DNA from: Octopus vulgaris
Taxonomy: Eukaryota
Reading direction: 5' to 3'
Length of the DNA: 64,000 bases
NCBI GenBank assembly: GCA_951406725.2
Contig: OX597817.1
Span: forward strand, 149,916,001-149,980,000
Positions 1 through 13,398 of this stretch are shown here, piece after piece (position 1 is the stretch's first letter; the number at the start of each line of letters is the position of its first letter). The translations under genes were made by a program, and so were the position numbers. The notes beneath the pieces are model-generated. The model had not been told where the DNA came from. It did not search any database and saw only the letters and a program-made list of their open reading frames with translations.

Positions 1-61
1 TCGTTTCCCAACCATGAGGTTTTGAGTTCAGTCTCAGTGTATCACACTTTGGGCAAATGTC

Positions 62-452
62 ATATATGTGTTCGTTGCCAGCCTCGCCTGGCCCCCGTGC
101 CAGTGACACGTAAAAGCACCATCCGTTTTGTGGCCGTTTGCCAGCTCTGTCTGGCCCCCGTGTTAGTGGCACGTAAAAGCACCATCCGTTCGTGTCCGTT
201 GCCAGCCTCGCCTGGCCCCGTGCCGGTGACACGTAAAAGCACCATCCGTTCGTGGCCGTTTGCCCGCTCTGTCTGGCACCTGTGCGGGTGGCACGTAAAA
301 AGCACCCACTACAGTCACGGAGTGGTTGGCGTTAGGAAGGGCATCCAGCCGTAGAAACACTGCCAGATCTGACTGGGCCTGATGAAGCCTTCCAGCTTCA
401 CAGACCCCAGTTGAACCGTCCAACCCATGCTAGCATGGAGAACGGATGCTAA

Positions 453-485
<33 letters not shown>
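62..485 (+). mobile_element. (GAT)n-tailed SINE-like retroposon with internal CACGTAAAAGCACC repeats (many copies, e.g. 17795-18345, 36340-36800, 39940-40270, 40850-41330, 46340-46700, 49412-49780, 51940-52300)
   Basis: Shared 3' end ...GGAAGGGCATCCAGC...CCAACCCATGCTAGCATGGAAAACGGACGTTAAACGATGATGAT. Confidence 0.85.
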
Positions 486-1100
486 TGTTGTGCATGTGAG
501 AGACAAGGTGTCGCATTTTGACATCACAGGATAGTTGTAAATGAGTGTCACTGACATGCCAGTAGTGTCACATATTTCCAATTGTCCATGGAAACATATC
601 CAGCTGGGAGATAAGTGAGGATTGGTGACAGGAAAATATACATTAATAAACTCCATCCAACTGATGTGAGTTAGGAAAAGTGGATGTTAAGGTAAAAACA
701 ATAATAAGACCTTGTAGACAATCTGAAAATTAATATGTAAGTAACTAGGCTAAATAACATTTAAAGACAGTGTAGGAGGGAGCTGGAATAAGTAAGGTCA
801 GGATTGGCAATGAAGGGAGTGTGAATACTGATATGGGGTATGGCTGTGAGGCATGGAATTTGAATGAAGAACATCAATTGAAGTCGAAAAAAAAATGTGT
901 TATGCATTGAATGTCCAACAGCAACATTCATAAAAGGAGAAATGCAAGTTAGCTGAGTGATGAGGCATTAAAGACATCAGCTGGTGCATCTACAAGAGGC
1001 AAGGGCATTGGTATGGACATAGGATGTAAATGGATGACGACACCTTTAGTGCGAAAAAGAACCATATACAGACAGAGGAGGATACAGGTAATAGAGAGGA

Positions 1101-1332
1101 AGGCGGCAAGCTGGCAGAAACATTAGCATGCCAGGCAAAATGCTTAGAGGTATTTTGTCAGCCGCTACATTCTGAGTTCAAATTCCACTGAGGTCGACTT
1201 TGCCTTTCATCCTTTCGGGGTTGATTAAATAAGTACCAGTTACACACTGGAGGTCGATATAATCGACTTAATCCATGTCTGTCCTTGTTTGTCCCCTCTG
1301 TGTGTAGCCCCTTGTGGGCAGTAAAGAAATAA
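1101..1332 (+). mobile_element. tRNA-derived SINE with GCCTTTCATCCTTTCGGGGTCGATAAA central domain (Meta/MESC-like); other copies about 2663-2885, 9200-9434, 11998-12221, 17246-17479, 55582-55870, 63307-63522 (+) and 5216-5449, 31232-31437, 35228-35456 (-)
   Basis: A box GAGCTGGCAGAA and B box GAGTTCAAATTCC, many dispersed copies. The 5216 copy has TSD ATGATCAACACCT. The superfamily label is from memory. Confidence 0.85.
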
Positions 1333-3912
1333 GAGAGGAAGATCAAAGATGGAGACTGTTCAGGCAGCTGGGCCTTCGGCAATAAACTGAAGAGCAACTG
1401 ATTGATGTACTACACATTTTTACAAGCCATGCAAACACAGAAAATTGATATAAACATGATGGTTATGATATGATGAATGTCCATTAGGGTTTCACATAAT
1501 TAGCCCTTCATCTCATGCCCCCATTCCAACGGTACTCAAAATTAGACACTCGTGAAATTTTTTTTTTTTTGTGTGCATAAACGACTTTTTTAATGATTTT
1601 CTACTGACATACACTGCTTTTACTGCAATTAATTTTGAAAATAATGAAGCATTTTGTAAAATAATTTTTGTCATTGATAAATTGATGTTTGAAACATAAA
1701 TTTAATCATGATTTTCATGGAAGTTTTTTATTCAGATCATTTTAAAAGAGGAAGTTTGTATCAAAGAACCAGGTGTTATCTTGAGAATGCTGGTATAAAA
1801 ATGGTTAAAAATAAAAGAATTTAACCAGAAGCTGCAAAGAAGTCTGAATGAGTAGAGCTTATGCCAAACATTCTAAAGAAGATTACAATCAAGACTAAGA
1901 TGTCACTTTGTAGAAGGAACGACCAGATCCCAACTGCATCAGGGGAAAAGCAAAATACCCATCATTATACAGACTCAGTGAGCAAAATGTTTTAAGCTAG
2001 TTGTTAATTACTCAAATACTAAGTTTGACAACATTGATTTTATTAAATAGAGCAATAAGCCAGATCTAAAAACACAATGCCAAATGCAAGCTTGTGAATT
2101 CACAACTTTTGTCCCCCTACTTTAAACTATTTCTTGAATTTGGTTGAGACACCTTAATCAGTGAGTTTTTCCTGTTACTTTGTGTTAGCCATGCTTGGCG
2201 CTCAACAAGCCAAGATTTTGAACTCAGTTACCAGGCCTACTGCTCAAGAAGCCATACCCCAAATTCCATAGCCATGCTTCTAATTTATTAATGCCACTCT
2301 TCAAACCCAGCAAAACCAGATTTCTGACTCATGATGATGATATTGATGTCAGTGATGATGATGATGGAACTCTTCTGATGTGCTCATATACCCACATTGT
2401 AGTGATAGGAATGATAATGATGCTGTTGTTGGTGGTGGCCATGGTGATGGCAATGATAATGATGATGACATTTCTCTATGGTCTAAAGCAGTAAGATAAG
2501 ACAGCACTTTCCTCAGAAAAGGACATCATTTCAAAATATCACACAACACACATGGCTACAAATAAAAGTGCCTCAATTAGAAAAGGAAGTATCCCCAAAA
2601 ATGGTGAAATGAACAGCTTGCATCAGTATGGTAGTCAACAATTTAATATTTGATGTACTTTAAAGTGGTAAACTGGCAGAATGGTTAGCACGCCAAACAA
2701 AATGCTTAGAGGCAATTCGTCCGTCTTTATGTTCTGAGTTCAAATTCCACTGAAGTCAATTTTGCCTTCCATCCTTTTGGGGTCAATACAATAAGTACCA
2801 GTTGAGCACTGGGGTGGGGGCAATGTAATTGACTTATCCCCTACCCTGAAATTGCTGCCCTTGGGCCAAAATCTGAAACCAATATTTGATGTAGTTCCTC
2901 AAGAAGAAGTGAACACCTCCCTAAAAATGGGTAACTATGACTGTAAGCAGCAGCAGCAGCAGCAATAGCAGTGACTGTAGCAGCAATGGCAGTAGCAGCA
3001 GTTAAAACACCAGGTCTATTCTGCCATGATTGAGTGGACATAATGAAAGATAACCTTACCTGAAACCATTTTACCCATTTTTTTTCTACCCAGACACAAT
3101 GTATCCAGGATTACATCATTTTATATGCCATTCCTATTTTTAAATGACAGGATGTGATTCAAGGGAAATTTAGTTGTTATTTCTAACATTCTGAGTGATT
3201 GCATAGTGACATTCTCATTGGATCAGAAGTCATAAATATAAATGCTTTTTCATCCGTTTGTTCATTTTATAATGAGGAGAATAGCTTTTTCATGCAAATT
3301 TTCACATTTGAATGCTGTTGAAGCTATTTAATTTACATTTGAATGTCCTTTCTATCATTGATAACAAGCTCCAATTCCTCAACTGCAAACAGAAACTGGA
3401 AGAGCTTGTTATCAGCCTGGTGGATAAAGACAAGCAAACAAGATATGAAGTGACCCAGAGCCACAAGACAGTGACGGCAGTAAAAACTGAACTCAAATCC
3501 AATGACACAGTAGTCTGTTTTTTCAACTTTACAAGTCACTGTGTCTCATATATGTAATTAAGACTAAACCATCTAGGCAAGTTTTTGTCAAGAATTAAGA
3601 TTTGATAGAGCCTTAATGTTTCAGGCTAACAGACCATTGCCCAGTAATGAAGGACATCAATTCTGTTCAGATTGGGAAAGTCTCCATTATTTTTTCTCTT
3701 CATGGATAAGCTTCTACTGCTAAGATGTCACAAGGAACTAACCACATACACATGCAGCATTTGCAATGTAAATAACAAAAATAATGTTGATGATGATGAT
3801 GATGGTTTATTTGCCCAAGGATGTCTAATAATGATGATGGTCACTCCCATCGATTTTGACATATGAGTGTTTGAAAGAAAGAATTTTCACAAAAAAAAAA
3901 AGGATTAAAAAC

Positions 3913-3961
<49 letters not shown>

Positions 3962-3989
3962 TGATTATGATGATAATGATGGTAAAAAT

Positions 3990-4278
3990 AATATAAAAGA
4001 CAGACATAAAATTCTAGTAATTTGATAGACATCTCAATCCCATCTGACCAAAACAGTGTCTAAAAGGTCAAGGAACCATCAAAGTACAAAGATCTAGAAA
4101 CTGAAATAAACATGTATAAAAGGTTAAAACAGTAACAAAAAATATTTTAACATCAGGTATGATAAAGAGGAATATAAACAAAAACATAAAAACAATAACA
4201 GGGCACACAACTCTACATACAGTAAACAAAGAAAATCTGCTTAGGTGCAGTTCACATCTTACACAAGACTACTGTCAT
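3990..4278 (+). mobile_element. degenerate R4/Dong-like fragment after (AAT)n
   Basis: IDISIPSDQN...SKYKDLETEI...LLGAVHIL-like remnants. Confidence 0.5.
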
Positions 4279-4279
4279 C

Positions 4280-4763
4280 TTAACCCTTTCGTTACCAATC
4301 CGGCTGAAACCAGCTCTGGCGCTGAGTAAAAATATCTTGTTTTCATAAGTTTTGAATTAAAATCTCCCACCAAACCTTAGTCACAATTTATGTTCCAAAC
4401 ACTAGCTTAATGATAACTAAGTTATTTTACTAAATTCTTTTTTTATATCTAAAATAAATTGAAAGAAACACAGATTATCTCAACAGAAATATGGTAAAAA
4501 AAGGGTTAAGATATATAATAGAGAAACAATTCTTAACTCTTTCGTTACCAACCCGGCTGAAACCAGCTCTGGCTCTGTAGTACAAATGTCTTGTTTTCAT
4601 AAGTTTTGAATTAAAATCTTCCACCAAACCTTTAGTCACAATTTATGTTCCTAACACTAGCTGAATGGTAACTAAGTTATTTTACTAAATTCTTTGTTAT
4701 ATTTAAAATTAATTGAAAGAAACACAGAGCATCTCAACAGAAATACGGTAACAAAAGGATTAA
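4280..4763 (+). mobile_element. piggyBac-like MITE family A, dimer with spacer
   Basis: TTAA-CCCTTT...AAAGGG-TTAA units joined by ATAATAGAGAAACAATTC. Confidence 0.85.
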
Positions 4764-4859
4764 ATAAAGTAGCCTCTTTACACAAGATAGCTCACACTTT
4801 ACACAAGATAACTCATACCAAACATTTGATGCTCAATTCACACAGCATGTACTCTACAG

Positions 4860-5154
4860 CAGCACTACTCAAAGTGGTGGTTCGCAGACCGGCACCAGTC
4901 TGCAAGCCATCAGCTGCCAGTATACAGCAAGTTTCCAGAAAAGAAAGAAACATTATAAAATACTTATGTAATATTTTATTATTTGCTTACAAAATAAATA
5001 TAAGATTTAAAAATTGTCAACTTTTATTATATTCATTATATATATTGTTTCTGGTATAAATTAATATTACTAAGAAATATGACTGGTTCCTGGCACATTG
5101 AAAAAAAAACAAAAACCTGCTGGTATGCCACATGAGTTAGTTTGAGAAGCACTG
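4860..5154. mobile_element. hAT (Charlie-like) MITE
   Basis: TIRs CAGCACTACTCAAA / TTTGAGAAGCACTG; 8-bp TSD CTCTACAG at 4852-4859 and 5155-5162. Confidence 0.85.
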
Positions 5155-5950
5155 CTCTACAGGATCACCAACCAGTAAAATAAGACAAAATAATGCTTTT
5201 ACATGATCAACACCTATTTCTTTACTACCCACAAGGGGCTAAACACAGAGAGGACAAACAAGGACAGACAGACTGATTAAGTCAATTATATCGACCCCAG
5301 TGTGTAACTGGTACTTAATTTATCGACCCTGAAAGGATGAAAGGCAAAGTCGACCTTGGTGGAATTTGAACTCAGAACGTAATGGCAGACGAAATACGGC
5401 TACATATTTGCCTGGCGTGCTAACGTTTTGGCCAGCTCGCCGCCTTAATATGATCAACACCTGCTATTGTAACACGACTCCCATTGCACAGACTTCACAC
5501 AATGAACAGAAGTAACATTAGAAAGAATGAAGTAAAAACAGTGGTAGCACACAATTAGATATTGTTGTAAACACCCCAGGAACATGGAGGAGTATCAGAT
5601 GCTATTGCAATAACTAGTATGATAAACATGATAATAATAATAATAATATGTCAACCTCAAATTTGTTGTCAAACTCAATTTCGTTATCTTTAGTTTCAAT
5701 TATGTTGTCACCTATCTTAATTTCATCAAGACAGACATCGACTCCATCATTGTCAACTTAAATGTCATCACTGAATGATGAAGTGACTATTTTAATAAAC
5801 AGACATTGACGTTAGTGATTATTTGTTATAGAATTATAAAATAAGCTAAAATGGTTACAAGTTTTATCTAATAGAAATTGTCACATCTTGCACTACCATA
5901 AATATACATACATTTACTTTTCTACATGAAAAATTACTTACTATACTATA

Positions 5951-5990
<40 letters not shown>

Positions 5991-7419
5991 GCAACAAACT
6001 AGTGTCCTGTTCAGGAGGCAATATGTATGCCACAGAATCTGGGATACTAGTCTTATGAGTCTATTGTCCAGAGAGGGCCTCTGATCCCTTTTTTTTTTAT
6101 CATCATTATCATCATCTTTTAACATCTGGTTTCCATGCTGGCATGGGTTGGACGGTTTGAGTGGAACTTGTAAATGCAAGAGCTGTAGCCAGTTTAATTT
6201 TTTTATTCATTGGTCCTATTTCTTAACTTTCTTAACAGATCCCTAACAAAAATCCAGCACAATTATCTTTGGTAATCAAAGTCAGCCTGGTATCGATCAA
6301 TATATTTATGTTCTACACAATTCCCAAGCATTAATATAGCACAAACCAGACAGAACAGAATATAAACAATCTCTGTCCAGCACTAAAATACAATGCACTA
6401 ATCACAGAGTATATAGGAGACATCAAACAAAATAGCACAACTCACATCACACATATTCTACACAACAGACAAAATATTAAAAAACAACACCACAAGCAAC
6501 AAAAATATCTTATGACAAAACAGAACAGTTATAGCATGGATACGACTCTACATCCTCAAAGACAATGTGGCAACAGACCTCAGGAACACAGAGATACACA
6601 TAATGGTAGAGAATGGAGTAGAAACTCACCCTCACATGAGTAGAAACTCACGTGATGAATTATAGAAACTGTTAAAAACTAAACTGAAAAGGGGCCAGAG
6701 GAAAAGGAGCTATGGAATACTAAAACAAGGCCAAGAGCCTTCTGTCGATCTGATGTAATTCTCTGATGCCCCAAATGGTCAATACTGAAAAAGTTTTTCA
6801 TGGCTAATGATAGAGGAGAAAGAAGTAAAGAAAACTAGATCAATAAAAAATCTCATCAATGATTGAAAATCGCAGGACTCAAAGCTGAGATTGAAACCTT
6901 TCTGCCAGAAACTACTAAAAGTATGTAATGAAGATGGAATTCAAAAGTAATGAGGAGTTTGTGAAGAAAATCAATCACATTGTTTGTAACCAACCAGTCT
7001 TGGCAACAAAAGCAAGAAGAATGACTGTTATTCTAAAGTGAGTTTGACTTGGTAACAAACATTGTGCTTTTGTTGGTTGTTTTAGATGCCTATGAAATCG
7101 TGAGCTGATATAGACACCCTCACAGACTTTCCACCTTAGTCTCAGTGGAACATCAAGGATATGAGAGAGGGGGGAGAGAGAAAGAGAGACAGAGAGAGAT
7201 GGAGGGAGAGGGCTGCAACAACACAGAGTTGATACGCAGTTTCAGATGAATGGTCTGAATCAACGTGAAAAGAAGTACCTTGCTCAAGGATTCAATGCAC
7301 CACCCAGTCCAGAAACCACACTCTCAACCTTACAAATTCTAAGCTTAACATCTTAACCACTAGACCATGCGCTTTCACAAAAGTACACACGTTAGAGCTT
7401 TCATCTACTGAAAATTATG

Positions 7420-7800
7420 TTAGTATTGCCAAATACCATTAGCAAAGAGTGTAAACATACACTAGGAAGGTCTCGGAGAATGATCAAGTGATCATACTTT
7501 GAGATATGCTTAAACATCAATGGATATTGTTTTTGCAAAAGAAGGCAGTTTCCCTGATCAATGTGGAGGGCCGTCAATAGAAGATGAAAAAAAAAAAACA
7601 CATCTAAGTATACAAATCTGGAAATGGAAATAATCATAATGCGGTATCATTCACCAAAATAACATTGCCTCAGGAATGATTATAAAAAAGATGCAGACAA
7701 ACAGATAACCAAAATCTCAGGATTGATACAAACAACACAGGGAACATAGCAGTACAAGGCAGTTGCATACATATTTATTACTACATAGAGTACTTTTAAT
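7420..7800 (+). mobile_element. degenerate R4/Dong-like fragment
   Basis: Nucleotide similarity to the endonuclease end of the 20678 element (…KYTNLEMEI… region). Confidence 0.45.
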
Positions 7801-8068
7801 ATAATAGAAGGAAAAAAAAAACAACAACAAAACACTACACATGACACAAGGCACACAAGCCTACACTCACTAGTGCAGTAAAAGTGCAGAATACAAATAA
7901 TAATCGTGTATGTGTGTGTGTGTGTGTGGGAAAGAGAGAGAGAGAGAGTTTATTGAAGGAGAAACAAGTATTCACTGCTATCCTTTTTGTCTCCAGGAAA
8001 AGAAGAAGTAAAACAGACTCTACATTATTTACATTTGACAGATATTTGTCCTCATCTTGTTTGTTGTA

Positions 8069-8114
8069 AACACAACGTTTCAGCTGATATACCCTCCAGC
8101 CTTCATCAGGTGTC
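8069..8114 (-). ncRNA. minimal type I hammerhead ribozyme motif (intact core)
   Basis: GACAC-CUGAUGA-A-GGCUG(loop)CAGCU-GAAAC-GUU-GUGUU: stem I GACAC/GUGUU, 5-bp stem II, palindromic ACGU stem III. Confidence 0.75.
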
Positions 8115-8426
8115 TTGGGGAAATTTCAAACCTGGATTCTCATTCCTAAGGTATATTTCAATGTTGTTGATGTTATTATTATTATTGTTGTTGTTGTTGT
8201 TGTTCAGGTCACTGCTTGGAATCGAACTCGGAATCTAGGGGTTAGTAGCCCACGCTCTTAACCACTACACCATATGCCCGTAGTGTAGTGGTTAAGAGCG
8301 CGGACTACTAACCCCTAAATTTCGAGTTCGATTCCAAGCAGTGACCTGAACAATAATGATGATAATAATAACAACAACATTGAAAAATACCCTAAGAATG
8401 AGAACCAAGGTTCGAAATTTCCCCAA

Positions 8427-8472
8427 GACACCTGATGAAATCTGGAGGATATATCAGCCGAAACGGTGTGTT
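8427..8472 (+). ncRNA. degenerate hammerhead motif (second arm)
   Basis: GACAC-CUGAUGA-AAUCUG...CAGCC-GAAAC-GGU-GUGUU. Stem II and the cleavage triplet are mutated. Confidence 0.6.
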
Positions 8473-11173
8473 AACAACAAACAAGATGAGGACAAATATC
8501 TGTAAAATGTAAATAATGTACATAATTCCTCATCTCTAAAATATAGAACTGTAAAACAGACTCTGTCTCTTTCTTAATGGCATCGTCATTCTGGAGAATT
8601 ACTTATTCCTTGAGATTATCTCTGCTTCTCATTCGGAGTCAGTCACACTTGCTGCTAGGTGTTTGTTTACCTTCTCTCAAAAAAAGGTAAATTCAATATG
8701 TTAAGAATTTATCTGGAATGATATTTGGCACACTCTTCTTTAGCTTTATATATACAGGTACACACACTCACACACACACACATGTGTGTGTGTGCTTGTA
8801 CATGTAAATATCAGTGATGCAACACTAAAGCAGTGCCCTTTAAGCAAAGTTCCATGCAATACTTGCTCTGTACTGAATTACACACACTCCTTTGTCATTC
8901 TGTTGGAAATGCAATGAACCAGTGAGTTGGCCTGTTTGAAACTAATAAACCAACAATACTGTTGATTGAAAGAGAACCATCAAGTAATTGAACCATTTAA
9001 ATCATTTCGACAATATAATTTCCAGTATCAAGTATCATGGAAACATTAAATATCTGAATATGAAATAAACTGAGCAAAGCAGGAAATATCAGCTCTGTTC
9101 AAAGAATGTTTATTGGCAATTAAAAATGACGACAATGATGATGGTGGCAACGATGACAACGTTGATGATGATTATGATGGTGGTGGTGGCAGAAACATTA
9201 CGGCGGTAAGCTGGCAGAAACGTTAGCACGCCGGGTGAAATACTTAGCGGTATTTCGTCTGCCATTACGTTCTGAGTTCAAATTCCACCAAGGTCGACTT
9301 TGCCTTTCATCCTTTCGGGGGTCAATAAATTAAGTCCCAGTTATGCACTGGGGTCAATATAATCGACTTAATCCCTTTGTCTGTCCTTATTTGTCCTCTC
9401 TGTGTTTAGCCCCTTGTGGGTAGTAAAGAAATAGGTGGTGGTGGTGGTGGTGGCAGCTGTGATGATGATGATGGCAACCATGACAAGGATGATGATGACA
9501 ATGCTGCTGATGATGATGACAATGATGATGGTGATGATAATGATGATGATGACAATGATGATGATGGTGGTGGTGGTGATGATGATGATGATGATGATGA
9601 CAATAATAATATCAACAAAACCAATATTTACGATAACAATGAACTTTCTTTTTTTTTTGTTTACAAGATACATTGCTCTTTCTGTGGCCAGTATGGAGTC
9701 TATAGCCGGTGGACTCGGTCCTTCTTATATTACTGGTACTGATTTTATCACCTTCAGAATGATGAAAAATACAAGTCAGCTAAAGTATAATTAAGATCCA
9801 GAAAAATATGAGCATCTATTAAGGGCTTTCGAAGGAACAAGGAAACAGAATACAACAGGTGTGTGTGTGTGTGTGTTAAAAAAACAAATGGAATCAGAAC
9901 AACTCTAAGATGGTTACTGCATCAATAACTCCACTACAGTGATGATGATGATGATGAGGAGGAGGAGGAGGATAATGTGATATGATAATAAAGTTTTCTC
10001 TCTAAAATGAGGCCTTCGCACTAATAGGATTTATGCTGACAAGAAAATCTTATTGGCACAGGTCTGCCAAAAATTGAAGTAAGCACTTCAGAGAACCAAG
10101 TGGTCAGTCTGGTTCTTGTGAAAAAGATATTAATGCTCAGACAAAACTAAATTTAAAAAAAAAAGGGGGGGGGGGGGACAGAAGCCAATCAACAACAAAT
10201 TAAAATACAGAAAGCAAGATATATTCGAAAAAAAAAAAATAACGACAGAAAAATTAGGAACAACACAAGATGGTTTGTAGTTACTTTAGCAGCACCATGC
10301 CAGAATGAAGAAATAAAACAACACCTATGAGATATTTTAAAGAAAAGAAGCACAACTCAAACATCCAACAATAACAACAACAGCAATACCAACCACAACA
10401 ACAACAACAACAACGGCAAAAATTTACAATAAATTAAAAGTGCTTTCTTTGCCAGGAGAATAAAGCAACGTGACTATTTACACGACTCAAAGACAGTTGG
10501 TACTTACTGATAATGCACAAGGGCTCATAGCTGAGTAGAGAGCCATATTCACCTATAACAGAAATAGATAATATATGCTGGAGTATTTCAAAGGGTTCTT
10601 GACATTTTAAACTACATAAGATCCCATCCAAAAGGGGGTAAAGCCAATGAGAGCATTTATTTCATGCCACTAATCTTACTGTAAGACAATCAATAGAAAC
10701 AGCAATGACAACAACGGCAACAACAACAAAATGGCTTAAACAATATTTAGAGAAGATGTATGGAACACGCAAGAGCCATGACACTGAATCTCAGACAACA
10801 GTGTTGTTCAAATTGCTAGAAATAGCAACTAAATCCCCTCATCTCAGAAAAAAAAGAATTGCCCTGTCTTAGAAAAAAGGAAGACAAACTGGATAATTTA
10901 TTCCTAAGATGCCTCTAAAAAACGGGGTGTCAGAACTAAAAGGCTTATAATCACGATTTTGCTTCATTAGGGTTGACCTGTGGCTAAATAACAACCAAAC
11001 AGAGGATCAAGAATTATGCAATTCCACATCTGTACTTTTGCTACATAAAAAGCCCAGATGTGCTGGTACGGGTGCATTTTTATGCACCCATACCAGCACC
11101 ACACAAAAGGCACCTGTGCCGGTATCATGTCAAATAACACCCATGCCAGCACCATGCAAAAATCACTTGTGCC

Positions 11174-11456
11174 CAGGGCTGTGGAGTCAGAGTCAGAGTT
11201 GGAGTCGGAAACAATAAAGGGGTAGTTGGAGTCAGAGTCAGGATAGTTTTACCAACTCTGATTCCGACTCACAATACCTTTCTTCATTAGTATAAACCAG
11301 TTATAACATATAGGTCTACACAAAGTACAAGTGTATGCATATGCTTTGAGATATGTAGACCACAACCACTTAATTACATAAAGAGGAGTCGGAGTCGGAG
11401 GTGCCAATAGTACAGGAGTCAGAGTCAAAGTTTTTTGTTTCAATTCCACAGCCCTG
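11174..11456. mobile_element. hAT MITE with GGAGTC subterminal repeats, nested in a SINE
   Basis: TIRs CAGGGCTGTGGA / TCCACAGCCCTG; 8-bp TSD CTTGTGCC at 11166-11173 and 11457-11464. Confidence 0.9.
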
Positions 11457-12729
11457 CTTGTGCCAGCACCCCATAAAAAAGCACCCATGTCAGCACTATG
11501 TAAGAAGCATACTCCATAAAGTGGCTCCATAAAGGGTATTCAGTCTTAGAAACCATGTCAAAACAGACAATTGGAGCCTGGTGCAGCTGTTCCGATTGCC
11601 AGCTCCTGTCAAGTCATCCAATCCATGCCAGCATGGAAAAGTGATGCTAAATGACGATGATGATGATAATGAGTACAGTTCTGACTGAAGCTTAGCTGAG
11701 CCAGCACTATGTTAAATGTGTGTGTTGTTCAGTTGTTTGCTCTATGTGCCAGACATCTGAGCTAAGCTGGTCAAGGCTCAACAACAACAATAACATCAGG
11801 AACAATACAAACAAAGTAAAAAAAAAAATAGACCCAAAAAACTTATAGTTGCATGGTTAAGAAGTTTGCTTTGCATCCATATAGATTCAGGTTCCATTCC
11901 ACTGCATGGCACTCGGTGTAAGTGATTTGTACTGTGACTTTAGGTCAACCAAGGCTATATTATTTAAATTTGACAGGCAGAAACAGTGTGGAAACCAAGG
12001 TAGCGAGCTGGGAGAATCATTAGCATGCCAGGCAAAATGCTTAACGGTATTTCATCTGTCTTTACATTCTGAGTTCAAGTTCCGCCAAAGTCGACTCTGC
12101 CGTTCATCCTTTCGGGGTCGATAAATTAATTACCAGTTACGCACTGGAGTCAATATAATCGACTTAATCCCTTTGCTTGTCCCCTCTGTGTTTAGCCCCT
12201 TGTGGGCAATGAAGAAATAAGAGACTGTGCAGAAGCCCATCAACTGTGTAGTTACTCCTGTTCTTAGGTAGTGGACTTAATCCTTCACCTGATTTAATAC
12301 CATTAGCAGACCCTCAGGTACCTTCTCCAAAGTCCACTTTATGATAAGCTTTCAGGTCAGGTCACCAGTATGAAGGCAACTAGCTTACACCAGTTTCAAA
12401 AGCCTTGAAAAAAGGTCAAAAGCTCTTCAAATTTACTTTTGACTAAATCAGTCCTGAACAACCTGTCACCTGCAGGACTTTCTAAATAGCACACTTAATG
12501 AAAAATGATCTTAAATGTTTTAGTAGTGTGGGTGGTCCACCAAATGATGTGCGATGTCTCATATGCCCCATTTCTCAGAAAAAGGTTGCTCATGCTTGAT
12601 TAAAAAGAAAAAAGAAATGGGTGCTGTTGCCAAGCAAAAATACTCATTTCAGTGCCAAGTAAAAATCACCTATGCCTGTGCCGTATATTGAGCTCCCATG
12701 CAGATGCAACATAAAAAGTACCTGTGATG

Positions 12730-13195
12730 GTGCACCTGTGCTGGTACCATATTGGAAAGCACTCATGCTGATACCATGTTGAAAAGCACCCATGCTGGTA
12801 CCATACTGAAAAGCACCTGTGCTGGTACCATGTAGAAAAGCACCTGTGCTGGTACCATGTAGGAAAGCACCCGTGCTGGTACCATACTGAAAAGCACCTG
12901 TGTAGGTACCATGAAGAAAAGCACCTGTGCTGGTACCATGTAGAAAAGCACCCATGCTGGTACCATACTGAAAAGCACCTGTGTAGGTACCATGTAGAAA
13001 AGCACCTGTGCTGGTACCATGTAGGAAAGCACCTGTGCTGGTACCATGTAGGAAAGTACCTGTGCTGGTTTCATGTAGAAAAGCACCCGTGCTGGTACCA
13101 TGTAGGAAAGTACCTGTGCTGGTACCATGTAGAAAAGCAGCTGTGCTGGTACCATGTAGAAAAGCACTGGCGCTAGTGCCATGTAAAAATCACCC
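12730..13195 (+). repeat. 27-bp minisatellite (about 17 units, AAAAGCACCTGTGCTGGTACCATGTAG) inside a GAT-tailed SINE
   Basis: Contiguous tandem units leading directly into the SINE 3' body and a (GAT)n tail near 13342-13400. Confidence 0.9.
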
Positions 13196-13341
13196 AGTAC
13201 ACTCTGTAAAGTGGCTGGGATTAGGAAGGGCCTTCAGCTGTTGAACATATGCCAAAACAGACAACTGGAGCCTGGTACAGCTCTCTGGCTGGCCAGCTCC
13301 TGTCAATCCATCTAACCCATACCACCATAGAAAATAGACAT

Positions 13342-13398
<57 letters not shown>

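Larger units (their letters stand above)
8022..8550. mobile_element. inverted (head-to-head) tRNA-derived SINE with a hammerhead-containing Penelope-like tail
   Basis: Arms about 8021-8272 and 8281-8520. A box TGGTGTAGTGG and B box GAGTTCGATTCC. 14-bp TSD GTAAAACAGACTCT at 8008-8021 and 8551-8564. Confidence 0.85.

Noticed and set aside
3302-3557. Overlapping 68-81 aa ORFs in unique-looking DNA
   Set aside because: No recognisable motif or convincing splice boundaries; probably an old repeat relic.
5610-5760. Acidic minus-strand reading frame (VDNDGVDVCLDEIKIGDN...) as a downstream exon
   Set aside because: Weak acceptor and low-complexity GAC/GAT-derived sequence running into an (ATT)n tract.
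8200-8345. Pair of tRNA genes
   Set aside because: These are SINE heads: there is no proper acceptor stem and they continue into the repeat body.
9368-9794. Poly-D, poly-M, poly-I and poly-S ORFs
   Set aside because: (GAT/GGT)n microsatellite next to a SINE.
12730-13195. CRISPR-like array of ~27-bp repeats
   Set aside because: Units are contiguous with no unique spacers, there are no cas genes, and the context is a eukaryotic SINE.
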